Origin: Octopus bimaculoides
Taxonomy: Eukaryota
Assembly (NCBI RefSeq): GCF_001194135.2
Contig: NC_069000.1
Coordinates: 569,657 to 633,656 of the forward strand
DNA length: 64,000 nt
Direction: 5' to 3'
Translations under genes and position numbers: made by a program
Shown here: piece by piece, positions 33,847 to 47,369 of the stretch
How positions within the stretch are numbered: the stretch's first letter is position 1
Layout: every line of letters begins with the position of its first letter
Notes under the pieces: model-generated
Told to the model about the DNA's origin: nothing
Database searches by the model: none
What the model saw: the letters and a program-made list of their open reading frames with translations, nothing else

Positions 33847-35632
33847 TAGCCTTTCATACAGTTGTATCTGACCCTCTTCAATCCGATTCACACACCTCCC
33901 AAACTAGCATTTTCTCTTTACAAGCAACAGATAAAGGCCGGATGTTTTTTTAATTTTCTGTTTTTCAAGAGAACATTTCTTAATTGCTCTGATGAATCTC
34001 TGCTGGAACAGAGATAGAGATCATACACACACACACACACACACATGCATGCATATTGTTCAGCCATAATACTATCAAAAGTACTCCTCATACATATGTA
34101 CACACATGCACAGTCTTTCTTTCTCTCCTTTTCCTAATTATGATATTTTGAATAGAATAATGAGCAAACCAGATTTGTAATTAAAATGACTGAAAATTAA
34201 GTGCAAGAATGTTGTAATTATTAACAGCAAGAAGAAACAAAAGGCAAAAGAGAAAACATTAAAGAACTTTTCGGTTTGTAAACAGATTGTGTGAACAGAG
34301 GCATGGAGTTTAACACACACACACACACACATTATTTGTTCACAGATAGACACACACACACACATATGTACTTCATAGAGATACAGTTCACAATACATGT
34401 GCTCACACCTAAACAGCATTGTCACAAAAGGAACAAAACATCATTGAACTAAAAGCATTCCCCCATGGGCCTTAATAATCCCCTGGGCCACCACCAAAAC
34501 GTTTTTTCATTCTCCATATAATAAGAAAAGCTTATGACATCATTTCACTGGTTTATTGACCTTATTAACAAATTCCTGGTGTTGTTTACTCTCAGACCAT
34601 CCCTGATTGATTAGACATATAATCAAAAATATTCCACTCTTAACCATTCCATCTTTTCCCTCAGCTACGGTGTATCTTGGACTACAATATCCACACTGTC
34701 CATGTGTTTTTAAGGTAGTATGATGTGATTAGAAAGAAATTTGTCTGCTATTTCTAGCAATATGAGTGACCTTATAGTGGCTCTTTCACTGACCCAGAAA
34801 CTACAGATGCGATATAGAAAGTTGTCATCATTTAACCCATGACTGACTAGACCCAGGATCAAAAGTCTCTCAACCATGACCATTCAGACACATTATCCAA
34901 TGTCATCTTCTCTTTCAAGACAAAAATTGTGGTTGGGTGGGTGGGTGCGAGTGCAGGTTTCACACAACATATGGAACCTATACTGCAAACTTCATTTGTG
35001 ATGTGCCAACCACAAAAACTGGTTTTTGATATTTTGTAACCATTCTGTGTTGGTAACCTCTAAGTTCATCAATGTCTAGAATATGTCTAGTTGTTTTGGG
35101 AAGAGTTTTTGTTTTCCTTCTGGGCTATGTCAGAAGAGTAGCAGCTGCTATCCTGTTCTTCTTCAGCCTTTCACCATTCTTTAGAAACTCTTCCACACAT
35201 AAGAACTCCACAATCTGTTTATAATGTAGAGTCATGAAAAATCAACCCAGTTATTTGATTTGTTCTTTATTAAATAACTCCAGAACAATTAAAGGTAAAC
35301 TTGACTTCAGCAGGATTTGAACTTAAAATGCAAAGCAGTTAGAACATTTCTTATAATTTTGCCACGTGTCTACCGTACCACACTATGGGACACACACAAA
35401 GCTTCTTTATAAACATGAGACTTTGCTCAGAGGGTGAAAGTTATTAACAAGAACAGGACAGTGAGGGCTGTTAAGCCAAGACGATAGAAAAATTATTAGG
35501 AACGCTTAAGGTAGACGTGCATGAGAGAAGAGATAGAAAAAATACATCTTTTCTACAAGAAGGCAGTGAGCAGAAAGAAAGATTCCCTTAATTTAAATTT
35601 TTTAAAACGGCGAGAACTTAGTTGCCAACCCA

Positions 35633-35663
<31 letters not shown>

Positions 35664-36139
35664 CATGTACAGACAGATACATTTATGCACATACAAACAC
35701 ATGCACGTATGTATATATACACATAGAGACTCACCCATCCACACACCTAAACCTAACACACATACATAATGTTAGGTTATCTCTGTATATCACAAATTAC
35801 ATCATTTGTAAATTCCAGTCAAATGGTTTTTCAAATGTTCTTCAACTCTTTCCAATTAGGAAGGAGATGTAGAACAAATAACCACACCTCCCCCCCCCAA
35901 AAAAAACTCTCCAACACAACAAACAAAAAAGCAAAACATTAAAAGTGCAATAAAATGATTTCAATGCAAAGTGTTGTTTCCCTTTACTCAACTGTGAATA
36001 TTGCTTATGCAGCCATAACACAAATATGAATTAATTAGCCTATTTGCATTTTGATTGGTCGATCACTGATCACAAGACTTTACCAGCTTTTATTTGTTAT
36101 ATTGTATCTTTTATCTACATTTTAGCTATTTGTACACAG

Positions 36140-36271
36140 ACACACACATATTCATTTATATATATGATCTATATATATGAATACACACATTATATATATA
36201 TATATATATATATACATTTGTATATATATAAACATACATACATGTGTGTGTATATATATAAACATACATAC

Positions 36272-36334
<63 letters not shown>

Positions 36335-36385
36335 CATATATACAAATGTATATATATATATACATATGTATACATATACATACAT
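36140..36385. repeat. (TA)n/(TACA)n microsatellite tract
   Basis: Long alternating TA run with CA variants. Confidence 0.95.
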
Positions 36386-36399
36386 TGGGGGTGTTGGCT

Positions 36400-36665
36400 A
36401 TAGCTTAGTCAACTGCTACAAAGGTAAAGGTGATACTTTAGATAGAAATACCTACAGGCGTATCAAATTATTGGATCAGGTAATGAAGTTCACGGAGAGG
36501 GTCATAGCCCAACTAATTAGGGAGAGAGTCAGTTTAGATGAGATGCAGTTTGGGTTCGTGCCAGGGAAAAGCACCACTGATGCTATATTTCTGGTAAGAC
36601 AGCTGCAGGAGAAATTCCTAGCCAAAGGTAAACCTCTATACCTGGCTTTCGTTGACATGGAGAAG
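36400..36665 (+). mobile_element. RTE-clade reverse transcriptase fragment
   Basis: Open frame [88 protein letters not shown] covers the non-LTR RT N-terminal domains. Truncated on both sides. Confidence 0.92.
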
Positions 36666-38875
36666 ACTGGAAATGAGCAACATCACATGTAGGATATGAC
36701 ACTCGTTTGCAACCATCAAACGACACGGAGGCAAGGACACACACACACATACATATGACAGTTTTCCCATAATTACCACCAACTAAATTTCCTAATAATG
36801 CTTTGGTTGTCTTAGTACTCTCAAAGAAGACACTTACCCAAAGTGCCATTCAGTGGGATTGATCCTGAAACTAGTTGACCACTTTAGAACAGAGAATTCT
36901 GATGCGCAGTTTTTAGTTCCTAAATTACTGGTTGATAGATAATAGAAACCACAGAATAGAAATTCTCTTTCAAATTTATAAAATTTGTGTTTTCATAAAC
37001 CAAAATCTAAAGGAGAGAAAGAAATATTAATGGAAATGAAAAAAATTCAATTTCAAAAGAAAATTTCTAAAAAATCAATGCCATAAAACTCAAATTGCAG
37101 TTCAATAATTGAATCTCAATTCACTGGATTTCAATTTCAGTTATTAAAATTTAAATTTTTTTCATCTTCCTTCTAATAACATGTTTTCCCAATTTTAAAC
37201 TCAAAACTAAAAGAAAAAGAAAAAAAAAAAAAAGAGTTGGAATTAAAAATAATTGAAATTAAATTCTATTTACCAGACAGCTTGGACAGTTGCACATATC
37301 CAGTATTAAAGGATTTTTCTTATCATCTGCAGCCATGGGTTGGTGTGAACAGCTCTCAAGCTCCACTTTGCAATGTCATGAAATAATATTCTATTTGCTG
37401 GTGTTTTAATAAAGTCGTGGTGGAAATATGCATAAAAGATGAACCACATTAACATTTTCCCAAAAATCATGATCTGGTCCCATGACAGGCATCAACATTC
37501 ATTTTACTGACTTCAGTCATTGGACTGCTGCCATTCTGGAGCACTGCCTTCAACAGTTTTTGCCCATCATACTCAATTCAAGTCATCATTTCATTTTGAT
37601 ATCTTTTTCATGCAACATTAGCAAACACACCCAGGTACACATCCATTACAGCTACTTCCAACCAGATTCACTCACAGGGGCTCGATCAAACCAGGGCTGT
37701 GGTAGAAGATACTTGCCCAACATCTCCACACAAGGGCACCAAATACAGAAACACAGAGATGACAAAATTCACTCCTTAATCATGCTGCCTTCCATCCGGA
37801 TATAGAGTGACTTGGAGTTATTGACCCTAGAGATGGGTCAGTGGCCCATGCCTTCCTTGCAGTTCCCTGCTTCACGATGCCAGAGTTAAACGGATTTCTT
37901 TGGTGCAAAGCAAACTGGAGTTGGATATTTCTATTAAAGCTAACTCTAGTAATCCATGCTCAAAAGTGTTCCAGCCTGGACCATCCTGCACTTAACTTTG
38001 GTTTTGCACACTTAGGATGAATTTATCCTATGTGACACTGTTTGCCAAAGAATAGATTGCCATTTGAGAGATCTGGTTTCTATTTCTTGTAGGCTGAACA
38101 ACCATATAGAAGCTCTGTCCTTGGTTCACCTTAAACAGGTTCTGAGTTGGTGCAGACATTAAACTGTTGTAAGCAGTGGGAACACTCTTTAATTAACAAG
38201 TGTTTTTGTTTGAACCCATCACATCTCTGGGTTAATGATAGCTGCCCCTTTTAAATAAACCAGTGTTTATTGCATTCAAAGTTGTGGCCATTATCAAGAG
38301 TTAATATTATTTTTGACATTTCTGAAAGTATGGGAAACAACTCTAAACAGGTTTCAATTTAATTAAGAACTCAACAGTAAAACAGACATCACTCACCTTA
38401 AAATGGTGAGGAGAATCACCATGTAGATGTACAATATTGTAAGACAAAAATCTCAAATGAGATGCTATCGCTATGAAAAGTAATAGTTAAGCTAATGTTA
38501 ACATACTTAATGTAATTAGCACCAAGAATCTAATTAGAAACATTTATGTGGTGAGGAAAAGACGTTAGATAATGACTAATTGTATCATTTTTAATTATTT
38601 CAATAAGGGAGACAACTCTGGTTTAGCTTCTGGTCTTTATTAGACTCAAGAAATTTCATTCTTCAGAGCAGCTTATCTCAGTGAGATTTTTATGTCATAA
38701 AATCATTGGTTGAAGAAGCCAAGACAACCTCTACGTGATAGCTAAATCTCCCTCCTATCGTTACCCAGAAAAGGACAGATGGATTATGTAGCCCGCGGCA
38801 CATTATCTCTGAACAAGAGACGAGATCATCAGAGCAGGAATATCTTCTTTGAACTTACATGACCTCGTGTAATAT

Positions 38876-38910
<35 letters not shown>

Positions 38911-40127
38911 GGGGAGGTAACTCATATAAACTTGGAATCATGAACAACTACTGCAATGCTCAAATAATATAAATATGGAATGGGTATTATATAAGTGGAT
39001 GGTCAGTTTAATGTATTATTGCCCTGTGTATACTTACACATACAGTCCATCTTTTTTCATTCACACATTCTATTTTACTCTTTCACTTTATCTGACACCC
39101 ACAGTGCGTTTATTATATGTTTTAGCAACTGTATGTGCATACATACACCTGTATGTGTGTAGAGTCTATGTACAAGTGTGTGTGTGGATGTGTACACAGA
39201 TGTCTGCAACACCAAATTGTGGGATTCAAGTCTGGTATCAGGTGGGAAGAAAATCAAATATTGTAATGTGAGACATGGCCTGCACCAAGCTTTGGCTGAA
39301 ACAAATCCAAATTAATGCTTCTGCAATATTGTTTTTAAAGCAAAGAATCTTAGAGGTTTGTCCAATTTGGCAGTTTTCTTCCCATAAGACTATTTCAAGC
39401 ACCAACAACTATATAGACTAAATGAGTTAAGCTGATGTTTAGAACATCTTATTGAAAAATTCTTGCACAAAATTCTGAAGACGTAGTCTGAAGGGAGTTG
39501 GTACCAAAATGATTATTAAGAAAAGAGGTGAAGTACCATGGCTGTCTGAAGCATAAATTTCAAAAATCAGGAGAAAGCAGGAGACTCAATCAAAATAACC
39601 GGTTATAGCAATAAACCCTTTCATCTCTTAATATGTTTAAACAAAGATAAACTTATATAACTGGTATTTATTTTATTGATCCCAGAAGGATGAAAAGCAA
39701 TGATTGCCATGGTGATATCTGATGCAAAAGGGACAGCAACGAAATCATTTAACATGTTTCCCATGATGGTATGGACTGGACCAGAACTGCATCAGGCTCT
39801 ATATTGTCTGTTTTGGTATGGTTTCTACAGCTAGATGCCTTTCTTAGAGCCAACCACTTTACAAAGTGTACTGGTCACCAACCCCGGTTCTTTTTTGACC
39901 GGATGGCACTCTTGTATTAGTGATACTCTCATCATCCTTGCTATTAATTTCTTAGAGGTATAAAGCCAGAATATGGTAGAGAGAGCCTGATCAATACTCT
40001 CCATACTTGGGATTGTTATTTTATTGGCTCCAGACACAGGAAAGACAAAAGATGACCTCAACTATAAATACTGCCAGATCAGCTATTTTATGATGCTCCA
40101 TCAAATTCACCAATCTACCACCCTTAA

Positions 40128-40344
40128 CCTTTTAGCATTTAAACTGGACATATCAGGCCAAAATATTTTGCCTGTTTTGTCTAAACTGGTCAGATCCAGC
40201 CTCTCACACTTATGCTACAATGTCATTCTAAGAATAAACAATCACATCATTGAAATCTCAAAACTATGAGATAATCCAGGATTAATTCAAAACAATAAGA
40301 AGAAATAAACACAACATTTCACAGAGTAAACTGAGAGTAAAGGG
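40128..40344 (+). mobile_element. piggyBac-type MITE (TTAA-flanked)
   Basis: TTAA at 40124-40127 and 40345-40348. Imperfect terminal inverted repeats ccttttagcattt...gagagtaaaggg. A related reversed copy lies at 62702-62932. Confidence 0.7.
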
Positions 40345-40899
40345 TTAAATAATAATAATTTCTGACTTAGATAGAAGACGACGAATTGTGGATAGGAAGA
40401 ACCAGTTAAATCAACTCAGTGATTTAACTGGCACTTATTTGATCAATTCCAGAACAATCAAAGACAAAGTTGACAAAAGAGGAATTTGAATTCAATAATA
40501 ATAATCTTGGCTATATCATTCCAGAATTTTGAAATATCATTATCACTTTGTCAGTTTTTCTGTGCTGACAAGGCAGAGAAAAAACACCTTGCTCCAAAGT
40601 ATCAGTTTTGGTAGGACTTCAATGGCTGGACGTCTATCTTAACGCTTACCACTTTACAGAGGCTATTAGGTACATTTTTTTCATGGCACTAGAGTATTAT
40701 AGAACCTATCTTCCTCTCAGCAAAACCAAAGAGCCTGCTCAAGACCTGCATTATTGCTGCTTGATATAATGCATCATTAACCAGTGGGTGTGTTTATTGC
40801 AGAAGCAGTCCTGATAGATTCGTTTTGTCGCTCATAAGGCAAAAGGAGAGTGCTGCCAACACTGAAAGAGTCAATCAAGTCAATCAAGTGGAAAAATAT

Positions 40900-40930
<31 letters not shown>

Positions 40931-43900
40931 CAACAATAAAACATAACAGTGAGTATAATAAAATAAAAATAAAAATGAGAGGAACAGCTTTTTACATAGG
41001 CCCAAGGCCTCTGATTTATAGAATAGACTGAAATGGGAAGTTGCATCATTCATTCCCACTTTTCTGGGAACGTATAAAGGTAACAGTTTTGTCTAGGTGA
41101 AGGTTATAATATTTTTCGTTTTCTTTACATGGGCACAAAACTTTGTGAGTGTGTGATGGGAGAGGAATAGAGAAGTGGTGACATTCATACTTTCTCACAA
41201 AGGAAATTTTGGCAATGCAAGTGAAAAATTACAATTATGAACACTGATGAAAATTACAGGGAAAAAAATGACATTAAAAAAAAATAATAATGATAAGCGA
41301 AGATGTTGGAACATTACAAAGATGGTATGATGATTATACAAGTTGATGAGGAACTGGTCAGATTGCAAGAGTCTTTGAGAAATAGAAGGGGGGAAGGAAG
41401 AAAATAACACCCTCCTCACCCACAAAAAATTTAGTAGGGAAACTCAGATATGAGACTGAAAATTTTGGTTCATTTTATACAATGTCTTTCAGATTAAGTT
41501 TTTTTTTTTTTTAGGAGGTATTTATGTAGAGTAGGGGATACACCCCTCCCCATCTATTTATAGATTATAACATCTCACTAGCACCAAGCCATAAACCCAA
41601 ATTACACCTCATTCAACTGTTTGCTCATCCCACTGTTTCAAATACTCCCACAGGTGAAAATGATAAAAAAAAAAAAGTTTAAAAATAAACAGGATTGGAG
41701 CAGATTTGGGATATTTTAAGGTTTCAAATTTGACAAGCAAAGAAAAAAAAAGTTATAAATATTTTTTTTTTGTTGTTTTTTTGTTTTCTGATCAACTCTA
41801 ATTGAAATTGCAACCAAGTCTTGGATTCTCATTTGCAGCCATTTCTCTTCACTTACACCACTAATGATCTCTGGTCTGGAAAGCCATAAATGTCACAACA
41901 TCCTATTTTCTCATTCCCCAAACATTATTAGGTCAAATGGCAATATTTTATCAATTCTACACCCCCTTTTAAGTTCAGTTTTAGAAATTTGGGTTTTTGA
42001 ACAATTTTTCCCCCCCAGTTCAAATTATCTTTTTTTTTTTTTAAATTCAATTCCAGGTTTGTTTTATATACTTGGTAAGAACATTTTTTTAATAACTTGA
42101 ATTTAATGTTTCAATTTTTTTTTCTTTTTTTCAAAATTAAACTGATATAAACTTCAAATTTTCTTATCACAAAAAAAAAACTGGCTTTAGATTATGGTAA
42201 CATTAATTGCAACAGTTTGACATTTAAAACTGATAAATAAAATTAAAATAAAGATACATTGTAATTCCTATCTCTGGTAAAAGGAACACACAAAGCAAGG
42301 AGAAAGTGACAGAGTGAATCATCAGATTGTGTGTGTGTGTATATACATACATATATACATATATGGACACACACACACACACATGACGATGACGATGACG
42401 ATGATGATAATGATGGTGGTGGTGGTGAACCAAATGCTGGCCCATTTTGTTTTCTTGCTCTCACAATAAGATATGATTGATTAAACTTTTGTGTCCAATT
42501 CAGAGAAAGAGTGAATTTCTCTAGTAATAATAATAATAATAATAATAATCCTAATAATCTCTACACAGGCACAAGGCTACACCTCTTGAGGTAGGGAGGG
42601 AACAGTTAATTAAACTGTATTTGACTAGTACATATTATCGATCCCAGAAAGATGACAAAGTCAACTCTGATGTGATTTGAACTCAGATTGTAAAGGAATG
42701 CAAACACTGCAACGTCTTAAATGTTTAGCACAAACTCTCATCTTTATGACAAGAATTTCTCACATTGGCACAATGCTATACATGTTGGCAGAAAGGGAGT
42801 GGGGTTTATTGTCAAGTGAATCAACCTCAGTACATGACTGGTATTTACTTTGACCATTCCATTTAATCAATGGGGGGGGGGGAAGGATTTGAACCCAGAA
42901 TGTAGCGACACAAATTAAATATATTGTCCAATAGCTCACCTTTTCTGGCACTCCAACACCAATGACTCACAGAAGAAAAGAATTTCTTTTGGTTTCACCC
43001 AAAATTTGAGCCCTTGTGCCATTGCTACACATCATCATCATATTTCGGAAGAACCCCATTAAACCCTTTAAATACACCCAGCAGTTGTTGTTTACTTGCT
43101 TTTAGCCATGTTCCTAAAATTCTTCATCAAACTTTCCCCATGACCTTTTTTCACTCAGGTCACATAAAACAAAAATGTCACCTGAGACTTTTGGAATATG
43201 AATAAAAACAAAAAGTTGACAGCAATTAGTGTGTTTATAGGCTTTAATATGATTCTTCCAAAATATAACAACAAAATTCTGATGATAATTTGTAATGACG
43301 ACATGAGGTCTCCCATTTCGAGGTGGAGTTGGGGGATACAATTGATTTAATGCCAGTGCTTGGATGGTTCTTATTTTATCGATCCCAGGAGGATAGGAAG
43401 CAAAGTTGGGCTCAACAGAATCTGAACCAAACAAAATACCACAAGTTACTGTTTGGTGCTCTACCAACTCTGCCAATAAAAAGAAATTTATAATAGAGGC
43501 ACAAGTCCGGAGGGGAGGGGGGAGTGACGGGAAGGGTAGATGTAGCCAATTTAATCAACTTCAATACTTTACAAGTTCTAAATTTTATCAACCATGTCAG
43601 GATAGAAAGCAAACATACCAGATTTAATAATTCTGTTCATTGAGCACCTTGGTGGCCCATTCCTAAAGAATGGGCTTCATTGAGAGAATCAACACCCAGT
43701 ATTATATACAGGAACTCGTTTTAATCATCAGCACCCACCGAACCATGGAAGGCCAAATGATCCTCAATGGGACCTTTTATATTCAGAGTCAAGACTGAAT
43801 ATCGCAGAGTATTTTTTGAGTAAAGTTTAGGCTGTGAGGAAATGAGTGACGGGTGGGCTGCTGCTGGGTTGATGCGTTTTGAGGAGAAACAGTTTAAAAA

Positions 43901-45065
43901 GGGAGTCAAGTGGTTTCTTGTGAAAAAGAGACGGAGAATGTCTACTAATGGTACCAAATCTATGGTTTTCGGATTTAGAAAGAAGGCCAGCAATGTTGAG
44001 GGGAGGGATTTAGTCAATATCACTGATCCCAGTACTTGTCTGGTGGAAGCTAAGCTCAGTAGGATTTGAACTCAGAATTTAAAGAACCAGAAGAAAATCA
44101 CAAAGCATTATGTCTGATATTCCACCCAATTCTACGAATCCACTGCCCCAGTTACTGAATAAGCATGAAGTTTTTAGTCTGGCTTTTAGTGATTATTTCT
44201 AGCACAATGAGTAAGCTAGTCTCTGTTGGTTTTAAAGGTGAGTGACCAGTTGTTTGACCAACTGACCTCTCCAAATCACTGAATGTACAAGTGGCTGAAT
44301 ATTCGACAGACCCTTGTACTCTCATTATCTAATGATTCACTGTTTGTTTTAAAAGATGAGTATGGTGAGATTTGAGGAAGAATTGGCTGCTATTTTTACA
44401 AGTTGATGTTACCTCATCTAATAAAGTCATTCTTAGTAGAGACTAATTGCCATTATGGCATTCTGTCAATTTATCATCACTGTGACCACCACCACTAAAT
44501 ATGTGGAATTTCTTATGTGAACCATGAAACATACAATTTATAAGGGATGTAAAGTATGTTGGGCGAGGGGAAAGGGGGCACTGCTGAGTAAAATGCTGTT
44601 TTTTGGCCCCAAGTTAATTCTGATCAAAGTCATTCTAGCCACCATTCTGTCTTTTATACATTATCCATTGTTCTTCCCATTTTTAAAGTTTGAAGGGGAT
44701 TTGCCTTCCATTTCTAGCAGGTCAAGCAATCATTAATGCCTATCTTTTGACTATGACATGAGCAATGTGGGGAACCAAAAGCAGAAACACAGATTTAGTT
44801 GTGTGAAAGAAGTTACTGCTACATGTTAGCAAAACACTCGAGTCCTGATTGCTTGCATTTGGTAAAAGTTCAGTTTAGGAAAGCATTAAACTGATTATCA
44901 ATGCTGACCAAATCCAACCCAACCCATTCACCTATACATCCATCCAGACCCTGGAAGGATGAAAGGCAATGTCAACTCTGGAGGGATATGATCTTTGAAT
45001 CAACAGGGGTAAAACTAAATGTTATAATGTTTTATAATTTATGGCACTACTATTTCCAACCATCC

Positions 45066-45098
<33 letters not shown>

Positions 45099-45099
45099 A

Positions 45100-45303
45100 A
45101 TGTTGGCACAAGGCCAGCAAATTTGTGGGGAGGGGGTCAAGTCGAGTCCATCGACCCCAGTGTTCAGACTGGTGCTTATTTTATCGACCTTGAAAGGATG
45201 AAAGGCAAAGTTAACCTCAGTGGAATCTGAACTCAGAATGTGAAGATGGACAAAATGCTGCAAAGCATTTGTTCTGGCCAACAATTCTGCCAGTTCGCTG
45301 CCT

Positions 45304-45304
<1 letters not shown>
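45100..45304 (-). mobile_element. SINE family A, CpG-depleted copy
   Basis: Core gaaaggatgaaaggcaaagttaacc plus B box, between (AAT)n tracts. Other copies at about 51470-51685(+), 59088-59306(-) and 61991-62345(-). Confidence 0.85.
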
Positions 45305-45369
<65 letters not shown>

Positions 45370-45758
45370 GGAAGAAGACAAAGAAAAATGGTGATAGTAG
45401 TGATAATGATAAAGAGAGGTTTACTTGGCATCATTATAATTGGTTTTAAGAAAAAAAATGGAAAGAACTTAAAAAAAAATACTAATAATTATTATTATTA
45501 TTATTATTATTCATAATAATAATAATAATGATAATAGCAATCTACAGTGTTTCTAATTTCATCAAAAGTTTAATACAAACAAACAGCAGCTTCTAACCTA
45601 GTTTGCTTGTGTATGTATATGTATACATACATACATGTATATACACGAGTGTGTGTATATATCACACATGATAAATATGTATACACACACAGACACTCAC
45701 ACTCACACTGAGTGTGTGAGTGTAGTTATTTATGAGTGAATGGTGATTTCTTCATGAT

Positions 45759-47369
45759 TCAGAAAGTTGTGCCTGTGATGCCATCTTCACGAATATCTTC
45801 AGCAATATCTTCACCACTCACGCCCCATAATGATTCAGCAACATCTCGGAATATCTTCACCATCTCACTACGTGGTATGGCCTTCTTCACGGTTGGCTGG
45901 TTCCCACAATGTTTGCTGCTGTTGCTATTATTGTTGTTGCTACTGCTGCTGCAGTTGTTGTTGATATTGCTGCTGCTGCTGCTGCTGTTGTTGAGATTGA
46001 TATTGTTATTGCAAGTGATGATGTTGTTGTTGTTGGTGTTCATAGCAGTTCCGCTGCCACTGTTTCTTCTGAAAGTCTTTTCATTTGCCGACAGGGATGC
46101 CATCACTTCGGACACCGTGTGGTTTGGAGAGACGTGCTGCATTGGATCCTTATCAATGATCATGTGTTTGTTGTTCTTGTGGGAGTAGGTCGGCTGCAGG
46201 TCGGGTGAGGAGCGGATGCCAGAATGTTGTGGCTGTGATTGTTGCATGTGGTAATGGTTGTGGTTGTGTGCAGCAATCGTGTTCGTCGTGGATAGCTGGT
46301 GGTGTTGCTGTGGTGATGGGGAATGCGACGGAGAGACGGACGACGATGACGATGCTGGGGAGTTCTCGTTCATGTGATGGATATTGTTGCCGGGAGACAT
46401 AAACAGCCTGCCCATAGCAGCAGCATCTAATTCGGCAGAGTGAGTTGCCATGTGAGCCGAGAGCAGTGAGGACTGAGGGAACGACCTGTGGCACAGGTAA
46501 CAGGTGAAAGGTTTCTGCCCAGAGTGCACAGTCATATGTAACGCCAAATTAGAAGAATTGGTAAAAGCCTTTCCGCAAACTTTACATATAAAAATTTTAT
46601 CTCCACAATGTGTTCTCATGTGAGTTGCAAGGTGGGCCGACTGGGAGAAGGTTTTATCACAAACATCACACCGGAATGGTTTCTCACCTGAATGTGTCCG
46701 CAAATGCATAGACAAATTGGAAGAGATGGAAAAAGATTTATAACAAATGTCGCACTTGAATGGCTTTTCCCCAGAATGAATTCTAACATGGCGTGACAAT
46801 GCTGAAGAATCTGAAAAGGCCTTGTAGCACTCTGGGCATTGATAAGGTTTCTCTCCAGAATGGATACGCTTGTGGGTGGCAAGGTTTGACAGTTGGGTAA
46901 ACGACTTGTCGCAGACATTGCAAGAAAACGGCTTCTCGCCCGAATGAACACGCATATGAATAGCAAGATCTGAAGAACGTGAAAAAGTCTTATCACAAAG
47001 GTGACAGGTGAGCACTTTCTTGCCCAAGTGCTGCATTTGTACATGCTCTGCAAGAGTGCACTGGTCGTGAAATATCTCTTGGCAGTAAATGCATTTCAAA
47101 TTGAGAACATGCGAAGGAGAAGTCGACAGGTTCAATAGAGAGGTCTTTTTTGATATGTTATTCTGCTGTTGCTGCTGATGCTGTTGATGTTGCTGTTGTC
47201 GTTGCTGCAGTTGTTGCTGCTGATGCTGCTGTTGCTGGTGGTGTTGTTGCTGTTGTTGCTGTTGCGAACAAGCCCTGAAGAAAGCTTCTCTGGCATGGTG
47301 AGCTTCATGAAGCATCAAATCCGACTTTTGGTTAAAAATCTTTGAACAAAAGTTACATTTGAAACCCAT
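45759..47369 (-). CDS. C2H2 zinc-finger protein, 536 aa, 9 fingers, single coding exon
   Basis: Intact ORF. One N-terminal finger, then polyQ/H, a second finger, seven tandem fingers with SGEKP-type linkers and an S/N/H-rich tail. Splice acceptor ttctattccag| at 47644 gives a 5'UTR part at 47370-47643. Confidence 0.95.
   Translation of the reverse strand: MGFKCNFCSKIFNQKSDLMLHEAHHAREAFFRACSQQQQQQQHHQQQQHQQQQLQQRQQQHQQHQQQQQNNISKKTSLLNLSTSPSHVLNLKCIYCQEIFHDQCTLAEHVQMQHLGKKVLTCHLCDKTFSRSSDLAIHMRVHSGEKPFSCNVCDKSFTQLSNLATHKRIHSGEKPYQCPECYKAFSDSSALSRHVRIHSGEKPFKCDICYKSFSISSNLSMHLRTHSGEKPFRCDVCDKTFSQSAHLATHMRTHCGDKIFICKVCGKAFTNSSNLALHMTVHSGQKPFTCYLCHRSFPQSSLLSAHMATHSAELDAAAMGRLFMSPGNNIHHMNENSPASSSSSVSPSHSPSPQQHHQLSTTNTIAAHNHNHYHMQQSQPQHSGIRSSPDLQPTYSHKNNKHMIIDKDPMQHVSPNHTVSEVMASLSANEKTFRRNSGSGTAMNTNNNNIITCNNNINLNNSSSSSSNINNNCSSSSNNNNSNSSKHCGNQPTVKKAIPRSEMVKIFRDVAESLWGVSGEDIAEDIREDGITGTTF

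Noticed and set aside
36900-42250. Homopolymer-rich AT stretches (about 37000-37270 and 41700-42250; also 7900-8620)
   Set aside because: They look like low-accuracy consensus or simple AT-rich DNA, with no interpretable structure.
45736-46188. 150-aa plus-strand poly-Leu ORF
   Set aside because: It is an antisense shadow of the zinc-finger N/S codon repeats.
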